From positions 1,440,001 through 1,504,000 of the forward strand of contig OY820591.1 in NCBI GenBank assembly GCA_963555985.3: a DNA stretch of 64,000 nucleotides. Direction: 5' to 3'. The notes beneath the pieces were generated by a model. That model was not told where the DNA came from and did no database searches. It saw only the letters and a list, made by a program, of their open reading frames with translations. The first letter of the stretch is position 1; the number at the start of each line of letters is the position of its first letter. This DNA is from Dehalococcoidia bacterium. GTDB lineage: Bacteria > Chloroflexota > Dehalococcoidia > Bin125. Shown one piece after another: positions 1-9,395 of this stretch. Position numbers and translations under genes: made by a program.

Positions 1-379
1 GCAAGCCGGCGATGAGCGGCCCGTCATTCGTCAGCAACAGCAGTCCTTCGGATTCGAGATCGAGCCGCCCAACCGGCACGCAGCGCCCGGCGTTCGATGG
101 AAGGAAATCCACGACGCTTCGCCGGCCACGGTCGTCGCGGGCTGTTGAGACGACGCCGCGGGGCTTGTTGAGCGCGAAGTACCGCAGTGGTTCTGCCAGG
201 GGAAGATCGCAGCCATCGAGTTGGAGGCCAGCAGCGTTGGAATCGATGCGGAGGGCCAGATCGGTGAGCGTTCGCCCGTCAAGAGAGATTCGGCCATCGC
301 GGATCAGCTGCTCCGCTGCACGGCGCGAGCCGACGCCGCGACGTGCAAGAACAACGGCGATGCGAACCGCTTCATTCAT
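1..379 (-). CDS. rRNA pseudouridine synthase (RsuA/RluB family), 5' part; runs off the window edge
   Basis: Manual translation from ATG 379: MNEAVRIAVVLARRGVGSRRAAEQLIRDGRI (S4 domain)...YFALNKPRGVVST...PVGRLDLESEGLLLLTNDG (catalytic GRLD motif). ATGA overlap with the upstream gene's stop. Confidence 0.9.
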   Translation of the reverse strand, partial: MNEAVRIAVVLARRGVGSRRAAEQLIRDGRISLDGRTLTDLALRIDSNAAGLQLDGCDLPLAEPLRYFALNKPRGVVSTARDDRGRRSVVDFLPSNAGRCVPVGRLDLESEGLLLLTNDGPLIAGL

Positions 380-3087
380 TGAGAAGACTCGTCTTCGTCC
401 ACTGGTCGTGCGCCGTCCTGCTCAAGCTGCGGCGAACTGAACGCAGTTGTCTCCGCTTCTAGTGTGTTCGATGCGCTTGGCTCTGCTGGACGCCAGCGGA
501 GCAACAGTAGGACAAGAATTACTCCACTGAGGCCTGCGGAGACGATCATCCAGGGGTTGAGAGCATCGGCGGGAACGTCAGCGGCTTTGAACACGGGCAC
601 TCCTTCCTGCGCGTGACTGTCCTGAGTGGGCGCTGGAGCGAGCGTATCGGCAAGCCACGGTTCGACAGCGGCATCTCCCGGCGTCGGTTTGGCATTGACG
701 ACCCAGATCGGCAGTTGGAGTGCGATTGAGAGCCCACGCGCAGGCGCTGGGATTTCGTCTGATCCATAGATGACCGAATCGATTACGACGCCGTGCGAGT
801 CTCGCAAGATGACCGTGTCGCCCTCATCGTTGAGGCTGTTGCCGATTCGTCTCAGCGAAAGTGTGGCGCTGCCATCAGTCAGATCCGGCATCGCGCCAGC
901 CGAGATGATCATTCGCTCACCGGGACCGAGTTCCCCGTGTATCTCCGTAGAAGAATGCTCATCGGCGATCGTCCAGCGGTTCAGAGCAATGGGTATGTCG
1001 CCGAAGTTCTCGATTTCGATCCATTCCGGGTCGCCGACATTCGGGGAAGGCATGATCTCGGTGATTCGGACAGTCGCCGGTGAGCGCGAAGGCATGATCG
1101 GCTCTTCAGTTTCCATGCTGAGAGTCCTATCTGCGTTGTCCGGCTGCTCCGGGATCGCCGGTTCTTTGCTCGGTGTTTCCGGCTGAATCATTTCTTGGCG
1201 ATCTGTCTGATGCTCGATCACCGTTCCGGGACTCGGCGGGGCGAGGAGTGGATTCCCATTCGGCGAGGCTCGATTGATGGAGGCTTGAGGCGTTGGCGCT
1301 TCTATCGTGGCGTGGGTTTGGTCGGAGCCCCAGCTCACGGAATCCACGATTTCGCCTAGGGCGTTTTTGAGAACAAGCCGGTCGCCGCCGTTTGCGAGGC
1401 CGTTGCCGATCCGACCGTCGGCAATCATCGCATCTGCCTCTGGAACCTGCGCATTCTGCGCTGCGATGACGATGGTGCCCTCGGGGGGAATGACGATACC
1501 GTCCAGCGCGTCGGAGCCATGGTTGTCGGTGATTGTCCAACCGTCCAAGTTGACCGGCTCCTGGCCTCGGTTGGTCAGTTCGAACCACTCGAACGCGGCG
1601 TCGTTTCGTCCCATCCCTGCGGCTGGGTAGACCTCGCTGATCCACACCTCCGGCTCCGAGCTCTCCTGATGGCGCCGCGGTTCGGTCTGTAATGGTCGAT
1701 TGATCTCAACTGCATCGGCGGCTGCGCCTGCTGACGGCGGAAGCGGGATAGTCTGCGCGACAGACCCGTCAGGTCGCAGCAGGCGCAGCGGTGCCCATGT
1801 TCCTGCTTTTGGGTTCAAATGTATGGCGTGGCGCGGCGACTGTTCGCTTCCGGTGACTGGTATTGCCTCCTCACCGATCCACAGCAACCAGTTGGACAAA
1901 TCGAGTTGATCTCGTGCGTCGCTCGTTAGTGTGATTTGCAGACCGGTGCGGCTGAGTGCGACTGAGGTGATTCGTAGCGGGGTTGCGCTCTGCCAGTCCG
2001 AGGGTTCCGGCGGTCGTACCCGATCAGTTTCTCGGAAATGCAGGATCTCGCCGTTCTGCGGCGCCGTGAGTTGATGAAACCGGTCGTCGGAGCCCCAGCT
2101 GGCGGTTGCGAGCCAGCGGAGATTCGGATCGCGCACGATGAGATGTCCGCCAGCCCTGGAGAGGCCGCCACCAATTGCTCCGTCAGAGTCGGGAAGGGCG
2201 ATCACATCATCGACATACTGCATGGAATTGGGTGGTGGTCGATTCCGATTGACTGCCGAAGTGATCATCAGCGTTTCTCCGGGTTTGAGCAGATGAGAAG
2301 GGAGCGTGATCCGCGACGCGGCTGTACTCAGGGTCCAGTTGACCATCACGAGCCGCTCGTCTGAGACGTTCTGCAGCGTGATCCACTCACCTGCTTCACC
2401 GACATCAATCGGCGCGACGAGCGCTGCCTTGATTCGAACTACAGAGTTCGGCGGATTTTGAACCGGCGACAGTGGGCGCGGGCGCATCTGTCCGCGCGGA
2501 TCGGCGGCATATGGGGTGGGTGGGCTTGCTCGCCCCTGTAAGCCCCGATGGTCACGAATGATGCTCTCGTTGGGTTCCGGCGCGTCGAAGTGATAGGGGC
2601 GATAACGGTCGCCCCAGCTGATCATGTCTCGAGTGATGCCCTTTGGGTCAACTAGCGCGACCAGATCCCCATCGTTTCGCAGTCCGCTGCCGATACGCGG
2701 GGTCTCCAGGATGACGAGTGTCGCGCCTAGTGGAGCGACGTGAGCGCTCGTGTGGCCAACGAGCAAGGAAAAGCTCCCGGGCTCGAGTGTGATTGTGGGG
2801 AGCGGGACGGAGATCGTGTCGTCTTCGATGCTCCAGCCTTGAAGATTGATTGGCTCGTTGCTGATGTTTTGAATTTCTACCCACTCGTGTCGATGATCGT
2901 TTGAGCCTTGGCCGGCATTTGGCAGGACCTCGCTAATCATCAGTGGGGTTGATTCGGGTTCGGCACCGGCTGTGGCAGGGATCAAGAACAGCAGAAGGGT
3001 GAGAGTTACGGTTGCGCGGAGGGTGCGGTTAACAGCTGCATTAGGACTGAACACTGATCCGCTGACGGATCGTGATGTGCTCTTCAA
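376..3087 (-). CDS. Secreted, membrane-anchored protein with about 4 lamin-tail (LTD) domains
   Basis: Signal-peptide-like segment, repeated ISEV/ITEI-x-P...EW(V/I/F)E(I/L)xN...(I/V)xL.GW.I.D and L.N.GD...L.D..G...D.V.(W/Y)G motifs, C-terminal TM helix. True start may be slightly downstream. Confidence 0.75.
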   Translation of the reverse strand: MKSTSRSVSGSVFSPNAAVNRTLRATVTLTLLLFLIPATAGAEPESTPLMISEVLPNAGQGSNDHRHEWVEIQNISNEPINLQGWSIEDDTISVPLPTITLEPGSFSLLVGHTSAHVAPLGATLVILETPRIGSGLRNDGDLVALVDPKGITRDMISWGDRYRPYHFDAPEPNESIIRDHRGLQGRASPPTPYAADPRGQMRPRPLSPVQNPPNSVVRIKAALVAPIDVGEAGEWITLQNVSDERLVMVNWTLSTAASRITLPSHLLKPGETLMITSAVNRNRPPPNSMQYVDDVIALPDSDGAIGGGLSRAGGHLIVRDPNLRWLATASWGSDDRFHQLTAPQNGEILHFRETDRVRPPEPSDWQSATPLRITSVALSRTGLQITLTSDARDQLDLSNWLLWIGEEAIPVTGSEQSPRHAIHLNPKAGTWAPLRLLRPDGSVAQTIPLPPSAGAAADAVEINRPLQTEPRRHQESSEPEVWISEVYPAAGMGRNDAAFEWFELTNRGQEPVNLDGWTITDNHGSDALDGIVIPPEGTIVIAAQNAQVPEADAMIADGRIGNGLANGGDRLVLKNALGEIVDSVSWGSDQTHATIEAPTPQASINRASPNGNPLLAPPSPGTVIEHQTDRQEMIQPETPSKEPAIPEQPDNADRTLSMETEEPIMPSRSPATVRITEIMPSPNVGDPEWIEIENFGDIPIALNRWTIADEHSSTEIHGELGPGERMIISAGAMPDLTDGSATLSLRRIGNSLNDEGDTVILRDSHGVVIDSVIYGSDEIPAPARGLSIALQLPIWVVNAKPTPGDAAVEPWLADTLAPAPTQDSHAQEGVPVFKAADVPADALNPWMIVSAGLSGVILVLLLLRWRPAEPSASNTLEAETTAFSSPQLEQDGARPVDEDESSQ

Positions 3088-3436
3088 CCAGAATCGTCCG
3101 CGTAGCTGAGCTTCGCTTCGGCTTGATTAGTTCGCGAGCGGTGTCGGCAATCTTGTCGGCCAACATCGGCGCCGCGTGCCGCGCCGCCCAGTCAGCGAGC
3201 GCGGCTGTCGCGATCACTGAGGCCGCACTCCGGAGTACAGGCAGAAAGGGCGCAAGGTCTGCGCGAACCGCAGGCAGCAGGGTCGCCGGGGTGGCCGAGG
3301 TCGGTCGATTCGAGATGGCAGTGGCGGAGATCGGTCTGGATTCAGACATCTTCGGAAGCACGCCTCCGCAGCGGGCGCAATAGTTGTCCTCAGCAGCGAT
3401 GGGGAGGTCGCACCACGGGCACTCGAGCTCGGACAT
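3041..3436 (-). CDS. Zinc-ribbon domain hypothetical protein
   Basis: N-terminal CPWC-x10-CARCG; TATACT lies 6 nt upstream of the ATG. Confidence 0.65.
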   Translation of the reverse strand: MSELECPWCDLPIAAEDNYCARCGGVLPKMSESRPISATAISNRPTSATPATLLPAVRADLAPFLPVLRSAASVIATAALADWAARHAAPMLADKIADTARELIKPKRSSATRTILVEEHITIRQRISVQS

Positions 3437-3502
3437 ACCCGCAGTATATGGCGAAGAAATCCGCTCATGAGCAGTGCCAACTCACGCTGCTCCTGTACAT
3501 AA

Positions 3503-4297
3503 TCAACCTGGGCTTGCGTCAGCCTGCTCACGTAATCGGCGTTCAACGCGATCTGTGATCTCTATGCCGTGCCCACTCGCGGCAGGTGCCGGAATCGGAG
3601 CGCCAGCTGCAATGGTCCGAAGCGAGTCGAGGATGAATAGAGATTCTCGTGCCACGCCTGCGTTTCGGATGGCTTGGAATAGTGGCGTCTCTTCATCCCT
3701 CTGGTCACCGTATTCCGCCCAGAGCGAGTCGAAGTCGGGCCCCACGATGGGGTACTGGCACCAGGTGACGGTGGGGCCGCGATCGAGCTTGGTCGTGACT
3801 CGCTGGAGCAACATGCCTGAGCGCTCTGCGCTATCGGCGATGAGTTGGTGGATGACCGATTGCCATGTGCCGATTGGGCCGCCAGGAAGCGCGGGATGGA
3901 GGTTCAGCATCGGCAGTGAGTCGCAGAGTGCGTCGGTTACTACGAGCATGTAGCCCGCGAGCATTGCGATGTCGGGCGCGTAGGCGTCAATCTGTTGGCG
4001 GATCCAACTGTCGTAATCGCGTCTCCAGGGAGCGAGTTCGCCGCTCGGATCGGAGATTGCGCCGCGAACGGCGCGGCGCCACGCTCCGGAACTGCGGGAG
4101 ATCAGTGGAATTCCTGCGGCGTTGACGCTGTCGAGAAAAGCGTCGGTGTTGCGAGACTGTCCGCGCTCGCGATTGCAGACAACGCAAGTGATCTCGGCGT
4201 CGAGTCGATCTTCTCGGATCGCGTCCAGCGCTGCATTGAGCAGCAGGCGGGAACTTTGTCCTTTAGCGGAGGCGAACCAGGCGATACGAATGGTCAT
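3503..4297 (-). CDS. purN: Phosphoribosylglycinamide formyltransferase
   Basis: LAGYM, LNLHPALP and LDRGP formyltransferase motifs. Confidence 0.85.
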   Translation of the reverse strand: MTIRIAWFASAKGQSSRLLLNAALDAIREDRLDAEITCVVCNRERGQSRNTDAFLDSVNAAGIPLISRSSGAWRRAVRGAISDPSGELAPWRRDYDSWIRQQIDAYAPDIAMLAGYMLVVTDALCDSLPMLNLHPALPGGPIGTWQSVIHQLIADSAERSGMLLQRVTTKLDRGPTVTWCQYPIVGPDFDSLWAEYGDQRDEETPLFQAIRNAGVARESLFILDSLRTIAAGAPIPAPAASGHGIEITDRVERRLREQADASPG

Positions 4298-4509
4298 CAG
4301 CCACCGTCTTCACGCAGCGTTTCGATCCGGAGCTCAGCCTCGTCAAGCAGCTGGTGAGCGCGGGCGCTGAGCGCGGCGCCGCGTTCGTAAGCGACCAGGG
4401 CGTCGGCGAGCGAAAGTCCACCGTCTTCAAGCTGAGCGAGTGTCAGTTCGAGGTCGTTGACAATCGTCTCATATGGCTGGTCCGGGTCGATTTGCGGTAA
4501 GTCGCTCAT
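4297..4509 (-). CDS. xseB: Exodeoxyribonuclease VII small subunit
   Basis: YE..LE.G.LSL.DAL..YERG..L...A...L..AELRIE pattern; adjacent to xseA. Confidence 0.93.
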   Translation of the reverse strand: MSDLPQIDPDQPYETIVNDLELTLAQLEDGGLSLADALVAYERGAALSARAHQLLDEAELRIETLREDGG

Positions 4510-5834
4510 GAATTCTGCTCCGTTGACAGGGATTGGATTTTGGTCGCGGTGGCTTGAATCAAGCCATCTTCGAGCTGTACCGATAGCGCGTCGCCGGGAG
4601 AGACATCCCTGATGGAGGTCACGACTTGCCCTGTGCGTCCTGCAACGATGGCGTAGCCGCGGGAGATTGTGGCGCGTGGGTTGAGGGCGGCCAATTTCGC
4701 ATCGGCTGTGCCGAGCGATGCTCGGTTTCGGCTGAGCGTCAGCTGGACCGCTCGCTCGAATTCGTGCTCGCGACGGTGCAGTGAGACTCGCATTTCGGCC
4801 GGGTTGGGCGCGGCGCGGTGAAGAAGATCGAGGCTGGCGTCGAGTGATTGACGGCAGCTGATCAAGCGTAGTTCGACGGTCTGATCGATCGCGGCTCGCA
4901 GGCCGCGCACTCGCGCGGCTTCCTCTGCACGGTCAGGGGCGACCAGTTCCGCAGCGGCCGACGGCGTTGGGGCGCGTACATCGGCGACATGATCGGCGAT
5001 GGAGACGTCCGTCTCGTGACCCACTGCGCTGATGATCGGGATAGCCGAAGCGAAGATGGCGCGGGCGACCGGCTCCTCGTTGTAGGCCCAGAGATCTTCG
5101 GGCGAGCCGCCTCCGCGTCCCACGATGATCACGTCCGGCTCGTCCTCGGCGGTCAACAGGTTGAGCGCTTCGATTCCCGCGGAGATTGAGTCGGCTGCAC
5201 CCTCGCCTTGTGTCAGGCACGGACTGAGGAGTAGGGAGGCGAGCGGCCAGCGCCGCGCCAATACTTGCCGAATGTCGTGCCAGACTGCGCCCGATGGCGA
5301 GGTCACGACGCCGATTCGCCGCGGGTAGCGGGGGAGGGGGCGTTTGCGTTCGGGCGCGAATAAACCCTCAGCCTCGAGGTTGCGGAAGAGGCGTTCGTAC
5401 TCAGCTTGGAGGACGCCGTCGCCGATCGGCTGCACGGCGTCGACATTGATCTGGAGCGAGCCCCGTGGCAGATAGAGACCGGCTTGTCCGTGGACGAGGA
5501 CTTGAGCGCCCTGCTCGATCCGGACGCCCCGATTGCGACCGGCGAAGAACACGCAGGCCAGAATGCCGTCCTCATCGGCAAGATCGAAGTAGATGTGACC
5601 GCGTCCGGAACGGGTGAAGTTACGGACTTCGCCTTCGAGCCAGACATCGTTGAGGAGGGGATCGTTCTGTAGCTGTTGGTGAATGTGCGCGGCGATGCGG
5701 CCGACCGGGTGCGACTGCGGGGCAGCCGGGGGCGGAGTGATCTGTTCCGGTTCGTCGTCCCACTCGATCCGGCGCTGGGTCTTGCCGGCGGCGGCGCGGC
5801 GCGCGTGGAATCCGGTTGGGGGGCGTCGGGGCAT
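4506..5834 (-). CDS. xseA: Exodeoxyribonuclease VII large subunit
   Basis: VWLEGEV.NF, GH.YF.L.D, IGVVTSPSGAV, RGGGS.EDLW.YN, SAVGHETD, APTPSAAAE. Confidence 0.96.
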   Translation of the reverse strand: MPRRPPTGFHARRAAAGKTQRRIEWDDEPEQITPPPAAPQSHPVGRIAAHIHQQLQNDPLLNDVWLEGEVRNFTRSGRGHIYFDLADEDGILACVFFAGRNRGVRIEQGAQVLVHGQAGLYLPRGSLQINVDAVQPIGDGVLQAEYERLFRNLEAEGLFAPERKRPLPRYPRRIGVVTSPSGAVWHDIRQVLARRWPLASLLLSPCLTQGEGAADSISAGIEALNLLTAEDEPDVIIVGRGGGSPEDLWAYNEEPVARAIFASAIPIISAVGHETDVSIADHVADVRAPTPSAAAELVAPDRAEEAARVRGLRAAIDQTVELRLISCRQSLDASLDLLHRAAPNPAEMRVSLHRREHEFERAVQLTLSRNRASLGTADAKLAALNPRATISRGYAIVAGRTGQVVTSIRDVSPGDALSVQLEDGLIQATATKIQSLSTEQNS

Positions 5835-5871
5835 TCGTCACCCCTGTCGTTGCATGGGCGTGCGCAGAGCG

Positions 5872-6429
5872 TCAGGCGCGTTCCAGGTACTGACCGCTGC
5901 GAGTGTCAACCTTGATCGTGTCGCCCGGGCCGACGAAGAGCGGGACGTTGACGACGAGTCCGGTTTCGAGCGTCGCCGGCTTGGTGGCACCGGTGGCGGT
6001 GTCGCCTTTCACGCCCGGATCAGACTCGGACACGACGAGCGGCACGGCGGCGGGCAGTTCGACGGCCACAGGACTCTCGCCAACGATGAGTACCTCGACT
6101 TCGGCGTTTTCGGCGAGGTAGTCGAGCGCGTTCCCGACGAGATCAGCGGACAGCGGCTCCTGCTCGTAGGACTCCGTATTCATGAAGTAGAGCAGGTCGC
6201 CGTCTCGATAGAGATACTGCATCGTCTGGTGCTCGGTGCGGATGCGGCGAAACTTGGTGCCAGCCTGGAACGTGCGCTCAACGGTGTGTCCGCCGCGAAT
6301 ATCGCGGAGCTTGAGACGGGCCTGGGCAGAGCCGCGGCCTACCTTGATGTGCTCCCAGTCGACGATCTGGTACTCGTTGCCGTCGAGTTCGATCACAAAA
6401 CCGCGTTTGAGGTCGCCGGTGGAGATCAT
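5872..6429 (-). CDS. efp: Elongation factor P
   Basis: HIKVGRGSA loop, PGVKGDTA, KPATLETG, VPLFV, DTRSGQYLER. Confidence 0.97.
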   Translation of the reverse strand: MISTGDLKRGFVIELDGNEYQIVDWEHIKVGRGSAQARLKLRDIRGGHTVERTFQAGTKFRRIRTEHQTMQYLYRDGDLLYFMNTESYEQEPLSADLVGNALDYLAENAEVEVLIVGESPVAVELPAAVPLVVSESDPGVKGDTATGATKPATLETGLVVNVPLFVGPGDTIKVDTRSGQYLERA

Positions 6430-7541
6430 GTGCGTTCGCCCATCTGCTCAATCATGCGGAGTTTGGGGGTAGCGGTGAACGAATGGAATCCGTCGGCTTC
6501 GAGTACGCCCATATCTTCAATGCGGACGCCGCCCCAATCGGGCAAGTAGATGCCGGGTTCGATCGTAATCACCATACCCTCGGCGAGTTCGTCTTTCGAT
6601 GTGGCGCCGAGATGCGGGTACTCGTGAATTTGCAACCCGACGCCGTGGCCAAGGCCGTGACCGAAGTACTCGCCGTAGCCAGCGTCGTTGATTACTTGCT
6701 GGGCAAGCTGATGGGCGTCGGACGCTTTCATGCCGGGCTCGACCATCTGCGCCGCCGTCTCGTGGGCGGCTAGCACGATGTCATAGATGTGGGGGAACCG
6801 CTGGTCGACGCCGCCGAGCGAAATGGTCCGGGTCATGTCGGCACAGTAGCCGTTGAGACGCGCGCCCATGTCGATCACAATCGGCTCGCGCTCACTGATG
6901 ACGTTGTCGCGGGGACGGGCGTGCGGACGGGCACCATGAGGACCAGCGGCGACGATGGAGTCGAAGGCCATAGCGTCGGCTCCGTGCGTCCGCGCATATT
7001 GTTCAAGCTCCCAGGCCACTCGCTGTTCACTCCAAGCTGGTTCGATTCGGCTTGTGACGTCGGCGAATGCTTGGTCGGTGAGGCGGGCCGCTTCTCGCAG
7101 GAGCTTCTGCTCGCGGGCGTCTTTGATTGCGCGCACCGGCTCAATCACGCGCTTGGTTTGGGTGAGCGAGGGGCGCTGACCAGCCGGAAGTTTGGCGGTG
7201 GCATCGCGCAGTTGCTTGTGCATCGCCACAGAGACGTCGTCCGCCTCGAATCCGAGGCGAGCGCGACCGATTGGCTGGACGAGGTCGCCCCACCAGTTCT
7301 CGACCGGGCCGACCATGCGAATGATCTCGAACTCGGGCGATTCTTGCTGTGCCTGATCGAGGTAGCGGAAGTCGGTCGCGAGTTTTGGAGGTTCGCGGTC
7401 GTCGGCCGTGATGACCAGCCAGCCGTTCGAGCCGGTGAATCCACTGACGTAACGACGGTTCGCCTCGCTGGTGACGAGCAGCGCGTTGATCTTTGCAGCT
7501 GCGATTGCTTCGCGGACTCGTTCGAGACGGGAGAGAGTCAT
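6426..7541 (-). CDS. Xaa-Pro aminopeptidase (M24B family)
   Basis: Creatinase-N domain (RYVSGFTGSNG, TDFRY), IDMGA, YCADMTRT, HGLGHGVGL.IHE, TIEPGIY, GGVRIED. Confidence 0.93.
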   Translation of the reverse strand: MTLSRLERVREAIAAAKINALLVTSEANRRYVSGFTGSNGWLVITADDREPPKLATDFRYLDQAQQESPEFEIIRMVGPVENWWGDLVQPIGRARLGFEADDVSVAMHKQLRDATAKLPAGQRPSLTQTKRVIEPVRAIKDAREQKLLREAARLTDQAFADVTSRIEPAWSEQRVAWELEQYARTHGADAMAFDSIVAAGPHGARPHARPRDNVISEREPIVIDMGARLNGYCADMTRTISLGGVDQRFPHIYDIVLAAHETAAQMVEPGMKASDAHQLAQQVINDAGYGEYFGHGLGHGVGLQIHEYPHLGATSKDELAEGMVITIEPGIYLPDWGGVRIEDMGVLEADGFHSFTATPKLRMIEQMGERT

Positions 7542-7999
7542 TCGGCACGTTCTGACTGGCGTGAGGCGCGCTCCTGGAGCATCGGCACCAGTGCATCAAG
7601 GGCAGCAAGGTAGCCGCGCCAGCCGAGGCCGGCGACGACGCCGTCCATGACCGGGGCGGTCACGAGGTTGTGCCGAAACGACTCGCGGGCGTGGACGTTT
7701 GAGAGATGCACTTCCATTTTGCCGCCGGGAAACGCTTCAAGGGCGTCGCGCAGCGAATATCCGTAGTGGGAGAGCGCGCCCGGGTTGATGATCAGGCCTT
7801 CGGCTGAGCGCTCCTGCTGGATGAAGTCGATGATCGCCCCTTCGTGGTTCGATTGGTACGGGCGGATCGTCACACCCCATTCCTCGGCGCGCTTGCGCAC
7901 GAGCTCTTCGATCTCGGCGAGTGTCTGCGAACCGTAGATTTCGGGTTGGCGCTGACCGAGAATGTTGAGGTTTGGGCCAGCGATCAGCAGGACCTTCAT
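7538..7999 (-). CDS. aroQ: Type II 3-dehydroquinate dehydratase
   Basis: GPNLN.LG.R.PEIYG, QSNHEG, IINPGA, EVHLSN.HARE.FRH. Confidence 0.96.
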   Translation of the reverse strand: MKVLLIAGPNLNILGQRQPEIYGSQTLAEIEELVRKRAEEWGVTIRPYQSNHEGAIIDFIQQERSAEGLIINPGALSHYGYSLRDALEAFPGGKMEVHLSNVHARESFRHNLVTAPVMDGVVAGLGWRGYLAALDALVPMLQERASRQSERAE

Positions 8000-9000
8000 G
8001 GGGAATGCTCAGCTCGCGTCGGGGGTAGCGTCTGTTTGCTCAGGTGCATCTCGTCGGATTCGGAGCGGCGCTCGCGCAGCAGGTCTGCGATGCCGTCAAG
8101 CGCGTGATCAATGGTTTCGCGGCGTGCGGCATCGCTCACATGAGTGTAGATCTGCGTCGTGCTGACGCTGGCGTGACCCAGTAATTCCTGCACCACGCGC
8201 AGGTCCGCGCCTCCATCGATCATATGCGTGGCGAACGAGTGTCGCAACAGATGCGGGTGTACCGAAGCGGGCAGTCCGGCTTGCGCGGCGTAGCGCCGAA
8301 TGCCGAGTTGCACGGCGCGGGCCGAGAGCCGCCCGCCGAATCGATTGAGCCAGAGCCAGTCTTTCGATTGATCCGATACGAGCACGGGCCGGCCATCCAG
8401 CAGGTACTGTCGTAGCCGCCGCTCTGCCGGCTCTCCGAGCAGCGCGACCCGCTCTTTACCTCCCTTGCCGCGCACGATGAAGCCGTTTGCGTCGCGGTCG
8501 TAGTCGCCAAGCCGCATGTCGATTAGCTCGCTGATGCGCAGTCCTGCTCCGTAGAGGACTTCCAGAAGTGCGCCGTCTCTGAGCCCGGAGGGCGAGCGCG
8601 CATCCGGAGCCTGGAGGAGCGCATCGATCTGCTCTTCGCTCAGATATGCAGGTAGGTGCGCAGTCGCTTGCGGAATTGCGGCGAGGCTGAGCGGATCGGA
8701 ATCGAGGTTGCCTGCTTGGGTGAGCTGGCGCGTGAATGACTTAAGCGTTGACGCTCGCCGCCGGATGGAGCCGTCGGCCATGCCTGAAGTGCGCAGTTCG
8801 GCGAGGTAGGCGCGGTAATCGGCGCGGGTGAGGTCTGGGAGCGAGGTATCTTGTTGGGCGAGCCAGCGCAGGAAGTGGCGGATGTCGTTGCGGTAGTTGC
8901 GGACGGTGTGCGGCGACAGCCCGCGTCCATCGCGGAGGCGGGTGAGATAGCGCTCGAGCGATGCTTCGTCGGCTCGGTGGATATCGGCGAGGGCGTTCAC
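7996..9000 (-). CDS. xerC: Tyrosine recombinase XerC/XerD
   Basis: RD..LLE.LYG.GLRISEL, GKGGKER, HPH.LRHSFATH, GADLRVVQELLGHAS.STTQIYTHV. Lies in the dprA-topA-xerC context. Confidence 0.9.
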   Translation of the reverse strand: MNALADIHRADEASLERYLTRLRDGRGLSPHTVRNYRNDIRHFLRWLAQQDTSLPDLTRADYRAYLAELRTSGMADGSIRRRASTLKSFTRQLTQAGNLDSDPLSLAAIPQATAHLPAYLSEEQIDALLQAPDARSPSGLRDGALLEVLYGAGLRISELIDMRLGDYDRDANGFIVRGKGGKERVALLGEPAERRLRQYLLDGRPVLVSDQSKDWLWLNRFGGRLSARAVQLGIRRYAAQAGLPASVHPHLLRHSFATHMIDGGADLRVVQELLGHASVSTTQIYTHVSDAARRETIDHALDGIADLLRERRSESDEMHLSKQTLPPTRAEHSP

Positions 9001-9089
9001 GGCAATGACTTCATGCGACTCCTGGCGGTTGTCAATTCCACTCTAGAGAGCATTCGGATCGAGGGGGACTTTGCGGGTACTTGGAGGAG

Positions 9090-9366
9090 GGAGTGTTCGA
9101 GGTAGCGCGGGTGTCCGGGTTGGAGCGTTGGAAGGAATTTTGGGTCCGGTGCAGCGAATTTGCCGCCGAGGTGGAGGAATTTGCAGGTGGGTAGTCCAGA
9201 TTTGTCCCGATTCGGCTGGATTCGGCTGGATTTTGAGGATGTTTTGGGCGGAATTGGGGTGTGAGTCCGGGTTTGTCTTGATTTGCTCTGGTGGTCACGG
9301 TGGGTTTCGTTGGTTGTGGTTCGGGTGTGGACTGAGATGATCATATATGTACGGGCGTTCTGTGGT
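9090..9366 (-). repeat. Copy A of dispersed C/A-rich intergenic element (LexA-like box, -10 hexamer, 10-bp-period repeats)
   Basis: The minus strand aligns by eye with 61932-62190, sharing CACAGAACG, GACAAACCCGGAC, CAATTCCGC, GGACTACC and CAAATTCGC in the same order. Ends approximate. Confidence 0.75.
9340..9361 (-). promoter_or_regulatory. LexA-like box (AGAAC-GCCC-GTAC) next to a -10 hexamer (TATGAT)
   Basis: Minus strand AGAACGCCCGTAC-ATA-TATGAT resembles the GAAC-N4-GTTC SOS box. Confidence 0.5.
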
Positions 9367-9395
9367 GCGCAGGATTGAGAGGAGTGTTGTGGAGG

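Noticed and set aside
7996-9000. Tyrosine recombinase as a phage or island integrase
   Set aside because: Motifs and the dprA-topA context fit housekeeping Xer; no att site or cargo genes are adjacent.
8997-9344. Short ORFs of 88-115 aa on both strands in the topA-xerC gap, and ORF 61675-62187
   Set aside because: They overlie the repeat element or REP palindromes, have low-complexity composition, and show no clearly conserved frame between copies.
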